A DNA stretch of 64,000 bases from Candidatus Hecatella orcuttiae (lineage in GTDB: Archaea > Thermoproteota > Bathyarchaeia > Hecatellales > Hecatellaceae): positions 448,001 to 512,000 of the forward strand of contig MTLY02000001.1 of the NCBI GenBank assembly GCA_002011035.2. Direction: 5' to 3'. Position numbers and translations under genes: made by a program. The notes below the pieces were generated by a model. The model had not been told where the DNA came from. It saw nothing but the letters and a program-made list of their open reading frames with translations, and searched no databases. Shown in pieces: positions 56,373-64,000 of the stretch; the first letter of the stretch is position 1; each line of letters opens with the position of its first letter.

Positions 56373-56943
56373 TTTTCATCCGCTCCAAGACTTTCCTCAC
56401 TTCCGCCTCAAACGCTTCTAGGCTACCCTTGTTCTCTATGGTTATGTCCGATAAATTAACCGCCGCTTCTACCCCCACCTGAAGCTCTCTTTCATCCCTC
56501 TTTCTCAACGTCTCCCAAGAGAGAGCATTGTCGCTTCTAAGCCTTTGGGAAAGCCTTTGAAACCTAGCTTGAGAGGGAGCCACTGTGGCTATGAGCTTAA
56601 ACCCTGGGTAACGCCTCCTGAACTCCTCAACCTCAGCCGGACTTCTGACTCCGTCGACAAAGACAAAAGGGCTGCCCGCCTTTTCCACAGCTTCCACCGT
56701 CAGCTCAGCCAAGATCGCTTCACCTCGCTCTTTTCTCATCTCCAACATGAGCCTCCCTAGGTTTTCCGCGGAGGGTTCAAGGCCCCTAGACTGGGCTTCA
56801 GCCCTGACAAAATCACCCATGACGATAACGGTATAGCCCAGCTTTCGAGCCACCTCAGCGGCGGAGGTTTTCCCAGACCCCGGTAAGCCTGTTACCCCCA
56901 CGACCGTCCTCCGGCTTGTCCCGGAAGATGAAGCCTGTTTCAA
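56356..56943 (-). CDS. UPF0200 P-loop kinase (dephospho-CoA kinase-like)
   Basis: VTGLPGSGKT, MGDFVR, DGVRSPAEV, RDERELQVG; TTG 56943 preferred. Confidence 0.85.
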   Translation of the reverse strand: MKQASSSGTSRRTVVGVTGLPGSGKTSAAEVARKLGYTVIVMGDFVRAEAQSRGLEPSAENLGRLMLEMRKERGEAILAELTVEAVEKAGSPFVFVDGVRSPAEVEEFRRRYPGFKLIATVAPSQARFQRLSQRLRSDNALSWETLRKRDERELQVGVEAAVNLSDITIENKGSLEAFEAEVRKVLERMKTGNSP

Positions 56944-57104
56944 TTGTCTTCCCTCGGGCCGAGCCCCCTCAGAACATGATTGCCCGCGATAGTATTTCAA
57001 TCCCACCGGTATATCAAACGTTCTCTATCCGAATTTTCAGCAAAAACTTTTTTGCAGGGAACTATAACTGTTCTTAACGCCCGCTTTCATCTATGGAAGG
57101 CTGG

Positions 57105-57233
57105 GGGGCAGTCGTCTAGCTTGGTCTAGGATGAGAAACTCCGCCAACAAGATCCCAGGGCTGAGGGAGCTAGACCCCGGCGGGGAACCTGGGGCGCTGG
57201 AGAGCCGGGGTTCAAATCCCCGCTGCCCCACCA
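57105..57233 (+). tRNA. tRNA-Pro(GGG) with two non-canonical introns (57128-57148 and 57159-57187), encoded CCA
   Basis: Acceptor GGGGCAG/CTGCCCC, D-stem GTCT/AGAT, anticodon stem CCAGC/GCTGG with CT-GGG-GC loop, T-arm CGGGG-TTCAAAT-CCCCG; BHB-like motifs at both introns. Confidence 0.9.
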
Positions 57234-57318
57234 AATTTTGTTGATTTATTTAGACTACGCTTACTGATAAGTGAGGGATCACTCAAGGCAATAACTTTAA
57301 ATCACAATATTTTTCATA

Positions 57319-57975
57319 GTGTCTTCAGGTGAAAAAAATATGGAAAAGATGCCTTTAGTAGTGTCAGCAACATTTTTACTATTGCTGTTGATGGCGCCAA
57401 TGGCGCAAGCTTCCTCCGGCACAATTGAATTGATAGGGAAGGAATGGGATCACGATCCTTTGAAGGTTTACGTTCATGCAGCGCCTAAGTTTGCCGACTA
57501 TGTTCCTCATGCTATAACAGCGCTGAACGATTGGTCTGAGGGCTTACAGGCAGCCAGTGGTAATTATGACGCCTTTAAATTTGAGGTCATCGATTCTCGG
57601 AGGGATGCAGATATAATCCTCTCCATACGAGGTGGAGCGTTTGCCGGTGTTTTGGGGATGACCATTTGGCGGGATGTGGACGGGGACGGCACCTTTGACA
57701 AGGTCATGATAACAGTGAAGGTAGGGGCTGGCGATGTTGGATTGGAGGATTTCAGAAACGTGGTTCGCCATGAAGTGGGTCATGCATTGGGGCTTGGTCA
57801 TGAAATCACAGACGAACCGGACTTAATGGATCCGACCTACGATGCTTCAGACGTTGGCAGCGATGTTCTTCCCTCAGCCTTAGACATAGAGGCTCTGTTA
57901 TACATATATTATGACGATGGCTTCGGTCTACCAAATCTGCCTCCCGATGAAATACCGTCAAGCTTTTCGCTATAA
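57319..57975 (+). CDS. Secreted matrixin-family zinc metalloprotease
   Basis: Signal peptide, HEVGHALGLGH, Met-turn LMDP. Confidence 0.88.
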   Translation: MSSGEKNMEKMPLVVSATFLLLLLMAPMAQASSGTIELIGKEWDHDPLKVYVHAAPKFADYVPHAITALNDWSEGLQAASGNYDAFKFEVIDSRRDADIILSIRGGAFAGVLGMTIWRDVDGDGTFDKVMITVKVGAGDVGLEDFRNVVRHEVGHALGLGHEITDEPDLMDPTYDASDVGSDVLPSALDIEALLYIYYDDGFGLPNLPPDEIPSSFSL

Positions 57976-58139
57976 ACTAGCTGGCATCAGCTTCCTTTTT
58001 ATTTTCGAGTTTCCCATGGAATCGCTGAGAAATTCTCGCGTGTAACTTACCTTTTTCGCCTTAACTCGTAATGGCCCGGGATAGTTATCGCTTTAATCAA
58101 GCTGATTAAATATTAAATAGTAAAAAGTTATATAGCGAC

Positions 58140-59756
58140 TTGAATCATGATTTTTGGGCTGTGGAAAAATTGACTCTGACTTCCCAGACGCCGGAAGGTG
58201 GATTCTATGCAGGTAGAGCGAAACCGGGAGAAACCGTCATCGAGATGAGAGGGATTACCAAGCGTTTTCCCGGCGTAGTCGCCAACGACGACATCGACTT
58301 CGACGTCAAGGCTGGCGAGATCCACGCTCTTCTGGGTGAAAACGGAGCTGGGAAGACAACTCTCATGAACATCATGTACGGTCTTCTCCAGCCTGATGAA
58401 GGTGAGATCTACGTTCGCGGCCGGAAGGTGGTTATGCGGTCTCCCAAAGACGCCATCGCCTTAGGCATAGGGATGGTTCACCAGCACTTCATGCTCGTGG
58501 AGCCTCATACCGTAACCGAGAATGTCATCCTAGGCCTCAAATCCCCCAAAGGCATACTGTTAGACTTGGAAGGAGCTAAGAGGCGGATAGAGGAGCTTTC
58601 CAAAAAATACGGCCTCAAGGTTGATCCAGACGCTAAGATCTGGCAGCTCTCGGTGGGGGAAAGGCAGCGTGTGGAAATAATCAAAGCCCTCTACCGGGGA
58701 GCGCAAATCCTCATCCTCGACGAACCCACCGCTGTGCTAACGCCGCCCGAGGTGAAAGAGCTCATGGCCATCATTCGAAGGATGGCGGAGCAGGGGCACG
58801 CTGTGGTTCCGTTCATCACCCACAAGCTGCCGGAGGTAATGGCCATAAGCGACCGCGTAACCATTCTCCGCCGCGGAAAAGTTGTAGCGAGAATCCGCAC
58901 CAAGGACGCGCGAGAAAGCGAACTGGCTAGGCACATGGTGGGAAGGGAAGTCCTCTTCACCATCGAGAAAAACCCCGCTAAGCCCGGTCGAGTCGTCCTA
59001 GAAGTCAGAAACCTGAAAGCCTTGAGCGACAGAGGCCTGCCTGCCTTGAAGAATGTTTCCTTCTCCATCAGGGAGGGAGAGATCCTCGGCGTGGCTGGGG
59101 TGGCTGGGAATGGGCAGCGGGAGCTGGCGGAGGTCATCGCGGGTCTGCGCCGGGCTGTGGCGGGGAGGGTGCTCATCGACGGAAGGGACGTCACCAACCT
59201 CCCCCCAAGGGAGATAATCAAGCAGGGCCTAGGCCACATCCCCGAAGACAGAATGGGAATGGGCCTCATCCTAGACTTCTCCATAGCCGAGAACGCTATC
59301 TTAGAAACCCACAGCAGCCCGCCTTTCGCCCGCGGATGGTTTATCGACCCCCAAGAGGTCGGTAAACATGCGGAGAGGCTGATCAAGGAGTTCAACATCA
59401 TGGCCCCGAGCAAAGATACGCTGGCAAACCACCTCTCCGGTGGGAACTTGCAGAGGCTTATTTTGGCTCGGGAGCTTTCCAGGGAGCCCAAGGTTTTGGT
59501 GGCCAACCAGCCGACTCGGGGGTTGGACGTGGGGGCCACCGAGTTCATCCGTAGGAAGCTTTTGGAGCAGCGGGACAGGGGCGTGGCCATCCTCCTCATC
59601 TCCGAGGACCTGGACGAGGTCATGTCCATGAGCGACCGCATCGCCGTCCTCTACGAGGGCGAAATCATGGGAATCCTCCCCGCGGAGAAAGCCAAAGTGG
59701 AGGAGGTAGGGATGATGATGGCTGGCGCTAGAAGGCAGACTGAGTTTGAAGCTTGA
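58140..59756 (+). CDS. ABC transporter ATP-binding protein (tandem ATPase, nucleoside/sugar type)
   Basis: GENGAGKT, LSVGERQRVEI, LDEPT, LSGGNLQR, QPTRGLD; start probably ~58170. Confidence 0.93.
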   Translation: MNHDFWAVEKLTLTSQTPEGGFYAGRAKPGETVIEMRGITKRFPGVVANDDIDFDVKAGEIHALLGENGAGKTTLMNIMYGLLQPDEGEIYVRGRKVVMRSPKDAIALGIGMVHQHFMLVEPHTVTENVILGLKSPKGILLDLEGAKRRIEELSKKYGLKVDPDAKIWQLSVGERQRVEIIKALYRGAQILILDEPTAVLTPPEVKELMAIIRRMAEQGHAVVPFITHKLPEVMAISDRVTILRRGKVVARIRTKDARESELARHMVGREVLFTIEKNPAKPGRVVLEVRNLKALSDRGLPALKNVSFSIREGEILGVAGVAGNGQRELAEVIAGLRRAVAGRVLIDGRDVTNLPPREIIKQGLGHIPEDRMGMGLILDFSIAENAILETHSSPPFARGWFIDPQEVGKHAERLIKEFNIMAPSKDTLANHLSGGNLQRLILARELSREPKVLVANQPTRGLDVGATEFIRRKLLEQRDRGVAILLISEDLDEVMSMSDRIAVLYEGEIMGILPAEKAKVEEVGMMMAGARRQTEFEA

Positions 59757-60850
59757 GAAACCTACGCTGGGCGGTTGAGGAAATGGCGCCTTTAAAATTG
59801 AAGATGAGAGAGAAGCCTCCTGCCCCCGCAACCAAGGTTCTGTACTTGGTTGCAACGTTGACACCGATGTTTCTGATAGTGGCTGTTATAATTTCTATGG
59901 TGGGAGCCAACCCTCTGGTTGCCTACCGGGAGCTTTTCACAGCTCCTTTCAGAAACATCCACAATGTGACCGAGATTCTTGTGACAACCACCCCTCTGCT
60001 GCTCATAGCCCTAGGTTTGAGTGTAAGTTTTAGATGTAAGTTCTGGAACATCGGCGCGGAGGGGCAGCTGTATGCCGGTGCGCTGGCCTCCACAGCCACG
60101 GTGCTTCTTCTGAAAGACAGTGCCACACCTTCAGCGGTTTTCATCCCTCTGCTCTTAGTGGTTGGTTTTTTAGGCGGAGCCGCTTGGGCGACTATTTCTG
60201 CGGTGTTGAAGATTAAATTTCAGATCAACGAGATAATCACAACGCTTTTGTTGAATTTTATCATGTTTTATTTCCTAAGCTTCCTCCTTTACGGGCCTTG
60301 GATGGACCCCATCAGCGTCATGCCCCAATCTGAGCTTTTCCCCCCAGCGGCGAGACTTCCGAAGTTGATTCCGGAAACGAGGCTGCACACAGGCCTCTTC
60401 CTCGCCGTTCTGAGCATCCCTCTGGTTTATCTGATTTTGAACAAGACTGTCTTAGGCTATCAGATTAGAACCACAGGCAGCAGTCTGAGCGCAGCCCGTT
60501 TCGGAGGGATAAACGTGGGCAAGGTCTTTCTGCTGGTTGTAATAATAAGCGGAGGCCTCGCCGGCCTCGCTGGGATGGGTGAAGTTTCAGGCATCTACTA
60601 CCGTCTGAGGGGGGATATCTCCCCCGGATACGGCTACACAGCCATTCTGGTGGCTTTGCTTGGGAAAAACCACCCGGGATGGGTGACCTTGGTGGCGTTT
60701 CTTTTCGGCGCCCTCTTGGTGGGAGGATACGAGATGCAGGTTGCCACAGGGATACCCACGGCTCTGGCGCTGGTCACTCAGCCTTTAATCTTCTTCGGTG
60801 TACTCTGCGCTGAGGCTCTCAGCCGTTATGAAGTCAGTTGGAGAAAGTGA
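59753..60850 (+). CDS. ABC transporter permease
   Basis: WNIGAEGQL, NEIITTLLLN, GYGYTAILVALLG; start probably 59783. Confidence 0.9.
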   Translation: MRNLRWAVEEMAPLKLKMREKPPAPATKVLYLVATLTPMFLIVAVIISMVGANPLVAYRELFTAPFRNIHNVTEILVTTTPLLLIALGLSVSFRCKFWNIGAEGQLYAGALASTATVLLLKDSATPSAVFIPLLLVVGFLGGAAWATISAVLKIKFQINEIITTLLLNFIMFYFLSFLLYGPWMDPISVMPQSELFPPAARLPKLIPETRLHTGLFLAVLSIPLVYLILNKTVLGYQIRTTGSSLSAARFGGINVGKVFLLVVIISGGLAGLAGMGEVSGIYYRLRGDISPGYGYTAILVALLGKNHPGWVTLVAFLFGALLVGGYEMQVATGIPTALALVTQPLIFFGVLCAEALSRYEVSWRK

Positions 60851-61779
60851 AAATGTCTCTGGAAGTCTTCCTCACAGGCCTCATAGCCGCTGGCTTCCGC
60901 ATTGCCACACCCATCTTGTTGGCAGCGCTGGGGGAAACCTTCGCTGAGCGAAGCGGCATCCTCAACCTTGGAATCGAGGGGATGATGATCATGAGCGCCT
61001 TCACTTCCTTCTCCGTCACCTACGATACTGGAAACCCTACGCTGGGATTGTTGGCGGGCTTAATCACCGGGGGAGTGATGGCTTTCATCCACGCTTTCAT
61101 GTCCATCACCATCAAAGTCGACCAGATTGTCAGCGGGCTTGCGCTCACCATTCTCGGGCTGGCTCTCTCCACTTTCCTGTTCATAAGCTACTTCAAACGC
61201 ACCCAGCCGGCTGTGGAAATCTGGGAACCCACCGCCATCCCTGTTTTAAGCCAGATCCCCATCATCGGGCCGGCCTTGTTTCAGCAGCACGTAATCACCT
61301 ACTTCGCCATCATCCTATTCATTGTTTCCACATGGTTCCTCTTCGGTACTACTTGGGGTTTAACCATCAGAACAGTGGGGGAGAACCCGGCTGCCGCGGA
61401 CACCGTAGGCATAAGGGTGGAGCGCGTGCGCTATCTATGCACCATCTTCGGGGGGCTGATGGCCGGCATAGCCGGGGCCTACCTGACGTTGGTGGTCTTC
61501 AACTCCTTCTTCGGCGGAATGACTGCTGGGCGTGGATGGATAGCCATAGCCGTGGTGATCTTCGGTCGCTGGACTCCTTCTTGGGTTTTCGGAGGGGCCC
61601 TCTTCTTCGGCCTTGTGGATTCCTTTCAGCTGAGACTTCAAGCTTCAGGGATCCCTATCTCCCCACAATTTTCTCTCATGATCCCTTACCTCTTCACTCT
61701 CATAGCCCTCATAATAGTGGGTAGAAAACGTTACGCACCGGCAGCCTTATGTATTCCCTACAGAAGAGGGGAACGATAA
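60838..61779 (+). CDS. ABC transporter permease
   Basis: ERSGILNLGIEG, GENPAAA, AGRGWIAIAVVIFG. Confidence 0.9.
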   Translation: MEKVKMSLEVFLTGLIAAGFRIATPILLAALGETFAERSGILNLGIEGMMIMSAFTSFSVTYDTGNPTLGLLAGLITGGVMAFIHAFMSITIKVDQIVSGLALTILGLALSTFLFISYFKRTQPAVEIWEPTAIPVLSQIPIIGPALFQQHVITYFAIILFIVSTWFLFGTTWGLTIRTVGENPAAADTVGIRVERVRYLCTIFGGLMAGIAGAYLTLVVFNSFFGGMTAGRGWIAIAVVIFGRWTPSWVFGGALFFGLVDSFQLRLQASGIPISPQFSLMIPYLFTLIALIIVGRKRYAPAALCIPYRRGER

Positions 61780-61936
61780 ACCCGGCGGCTTGGCATCGCC
61801 TAAGCTGCATTCAGCGGGCATGAAAATATTCAGGTATGCCGTTACCCCAGTTAAAAGCTTCCACACGTGTGGAGGCTAGCTTAGCATCTAAGGAAAGGTC
61901 CATAAAAAAGGGTGGATAGACGGGTTGTGCCTATTT

Positions 61937-63154
61937 TTATAGGCCCCAGTGGTCTTCCGGCTGTGTGACGATGGGCTGAATTACCAGTTCCCCGGCGAGG
62001 ATCCGTTCTTCAAGTACTCTGAGCTCGTCTTTGACTTCCGATGGTACGACTTCAGGGAGGTTTATCTTGAACTTCGCTCCCCCTTCAGCCATGCCGGCGT
62101 AGTATTCTTTAGCCTCGAATCTGTCCTCCATGACGCTGAGGATTATTTCTTCGAAGATCCCGTCGAGGACCCAGTTGGAGCTGGCCAACACCACCTCGGG
62201 AGCCCAGTCTATGTCCGGCCTCTCAAACTGCGCTGCGATGAAGTGTACTCCTTTCTCCGCAGCTCCTGTGGAGGCTCCGGCTGCGTCGGAGAAAATGATG
62301 TCGGCTCCTGCTTCGATGAGGGATATGGCAGCCTCCCTTCCCTTGGGTGGGTCGTACCACGTGAAGATCCATGTTATCTTCACGTCGACGTTGGGGTTGC
62401 GCTTTTCACCCCAAGGTATCCCTCCAAAGGCGTCGTAGACTCCTTGGATGAATCCGTTGAAGTACCTGTTGGCGTTCAGCACAGGATACTGGCCCACGAC
62501 CCCGATGATGTTGGTCTTAGTCATCTTCCCTGCAAGGTAGCCGCACAGGTAGGCGGACTCATGCAGGTAGCTGTCGTAGTGCCCCACATTGGGCGGGATT
62601 TTCTCCGGAGGCGGGTAGAGGACATGGAGCTCCGTTCCTCCACCTGCACCCAACACGACGATGTGGGGATAGTCTCTGGCAATCGCCTTGATGGCGTCAG
62701 GATACCAGCTTGTGAACATGATGATGTCGAAGTCTCTCTCCGCGTAGGACCGCCCCACACGCTCACCTTCCGGAACAGTGACACCTTCTGTAAATTCATA
62801 GACGAGACCGTACTTCTCCTTCAGCCTCACCATGGGCTCGTATTGGGCTAAGTCCCAAGAGTGGGATGTAACCGTCGGCTCAATGTGTATAGCCGCCACC
62901 TTCAGCGGCGGTTTCGGCGTCGGAGTCGGTGTAGGCGTAGGAGTCGGCGTTGGAGTAGGCGTCGGTGTTGGAGTGGGCGTAGGAGTGGGTGTTGGAGTTG
63001 GAGTAGGCGTAGGGGTCGGCGTTGGAGTAGGCGTAGGAGCCGGAGGTCTTGTAGCCTGCCAAGCAGCGTAGCCGCCTACGCCAGCTACCACTGCTGCGAC
63101 AACCGCGGCGACACCGTATTTGAGGGCGCTTCTCCTAGAAGTCTGACCGGCCAA
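61937..63154 (-). CDS. BMP-family ABC substrate-binding protein with Tat-like signal and PT linker
   Basis: SRRSALKYG twin-Arg, TM, (PT)20, [26 protein letters not shown]. Confidence 0.88.
   Translation of the reverse strand: MAGQTSRRSALKYGVAAVVAAVVAGVGGYAAWQATRPPAPTPTPTPTPTPTPTPTPTPTPTPTPTPTPTPTPTPTPTPTPKPPLKVAAIHIEPTVTSHSWDLAQYEPMVRLKEKYGLVYEFTEGVTVPEGERVGRSYAERDFDIIMFTSWYPDAIKAIARDYPHIVVLGAGGGTELHVLYPPPEKIPPNVGHYDSYLHESAYLCGYLAGKMTKTNIIGVVGQYPVLNANRYFNGFIQGVYDAFGGIPWGEKRNPNVDVKITWIFTWYDPPKGREAAISLIEAGADIIFSDAAGASTGAAEKGVHFIAAQFERPDIDWAPEVVLASSNWVLDGIFEEIILSVMEDRFEAKEYYAGMAEGGAKFKINLPEVVPSEVKDELRVLEERILAGELVIQPIVTQPEDHWGL
62915..63037 (-). repeat. (Pro-Thr)20 coding tandem repeat
   Basis: Twenty 6-nt units with variable third codon positions. 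Confidence 0.9.
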
Positions 63155-63342
63155 TTTGACAGAAAACCTCCTTCAAGTAAGGAGGAAGGTTCTCTTCTGC
63201 TATTTATCATTTTTGGAGGCCTGAATTTGCTCATCTGCCAGTTTTCTATAACTGATATCCAAAAAAAAATGGATTGGAAGGTTTCTGAATACCAAAAGAT
63301 AGATAAAGTCAAGATGAGAAAACTCCGAAGCGGTGAAAAGGA

Positions 63343-64000
63343 ATGACTCTGCTCATAGAAGGCGGAATGGTGATCACCAACAACCCAGCCCAGCCTCTTT
63401 TGGTAGAAGGCGCTGTGGCGGTGGAGGGAGATAAAATTGTGGCAGTAGGTAGGGCGGAGGAGGTGAAACGAAATTACACGGCGGAGGAAATTGTAGACGC
63501 CCGTGGGAAGCTGGTGATTCCGGGAATGGTGAACGCCCACACTCACCTATTTCAGGTGCTCGCCCGCGGACGGTTCGCAGAGGCTACCGCGGCTGTGGCA
63601 AGCGCCCCCACCGCGGACAAGGACATGTGGCTGTGGAACATACTGAAAAAATCCATGTTCCCTACCTCAGCAGTTTTAACGGTGAAAGACTTGGTCGCTG
63701 GAACGCATCTCGCCTGCGTTGAAATGGTGAGAAGCGGCATCACCTGCGTGGTGGACAACCACTACGGGCCCACGGATAAGGCCACAGTGGTGAAGCTGGC
63801 CGAGGCCCTGGAGAAATTCGGAATGAGAAGCGTGATCGCCAGAGGAATAGCCCCCAAGGAAAAACCTCCGCTGGCTGACAAGGTGAGGATTCCCGGGCAT
63901 GTTTTCAAGTACTCCTCCGAGGAGGAGCTGAGGATTACGGAGGAATGCATCTTGGAGGTGAACCGCCAAAGCAGCCTCATCCAAGTCTGGCCGGCGCCCC
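63343..64000 (+). CDS. Amidohydrolase-family deaminase (MTA/SAH/guanine deaminase-like), runs off window end
   Basis: Manual translation MTLLIEGGMVIT...GDKIVAVG...DARGKLVIPGMVNAHTHL...EMVRSGIT; not in ORF track. Confidence 0.88.
   Translation, partial: MTLLIEGGMVITNNPAQPLLVEGAVAVEGDKIVAVGRAEEVKRNYTAEEIVDARGKLVIPGMVNAHTHLFQVLARGRFAEATAAVASAPTADKDMWLWNILKKSMFPTSAVLTVKDLVAGTHLACVEMVRSGITCVVDNHYGPTDKATVVKLAEALEKFGMRSVIARGIAPKEKPPLADKVRIPGHVFKYSSEEELRITEECILEVNRQSSLIQVWPAP

Noticed and set aside
57133-57153. Placing tRNA intron 1 at 22/23 or 25/26 using the GAT direct repeat
   Set aside because: Only the 20b/21 placement gives a full bulge-helix-bulge and also the better-paired D-stem
57234-58139. 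Integrative element at tRNA-Pro carrying the matrixin
   Set aside because: No integrase and no duplicated tRNA 3' end seen
62915-63037. CRISPR array or non-coding VNTR
   Set aside because: 6-nt coding units without spacers; no CRISPR repeats or cas genes seen in the window
516-63984. Many overlapping or antisense ORFs in the track (e.g. 15428-16171, 22386-23096, 58691-59641, 61949-62851, 63085-63984)
   Set aside because: They overlap well-supported genes, lack motifs and are expected in GC-rich DNA

Overview
Archaeal chromosomal window, GC-rich (spot counts about 57% in core genes). Gene content suggests a TACK-group anaerobe, probably Bathyarchaeia; this is inference, not a database result. 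Left to right: sugar-nucleotide/sulfation genes (galU partial, ugd, AP-superfamily enzyme, cysC); thpR-cca, a lone mtrH-like gene and a kinase; a surface metallopeptidase-like protein, thiL and a creatininase; a hemerythrin/regulator cluster; methanogenesis marker 14 with a RACo-type corrinoid activator and an MtaA-family methyltransferase; a complete LipS1/LipS2-LplAB-GcvH lipoate locus; PGI/PMI. The rpl3-rpl4-rpl23-rpl2-rps19 cluster is split between rpl23 and rpl2 by a ~12.8 kb lower-GC island (NifX-like, DUF134, DUF5320-like, paired Fe-S P-loop ATPases, radical SAM, MBL, DUF364, ModA, several pseudogenes). Then purB, a PLD-CAP fusion, an ArsR/MerT-HMA module, prs, trm11, rnz, a tRNA-Pro(GGG) with two non-canonical introns, a matrixin, a nucleoside-type ABC system and a partial amidohydrolase. 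Most striking: the island's repeated aromatic low-complexity/coiled-coil modules and shared palindromic operator, a uL2 lacking the HPxGGG loop with a decayed rpl2 start left behind at rpl23, and the marker 14-RACo-methyltransferase linkage. All family assignments are from motif recognition; no searches were run.
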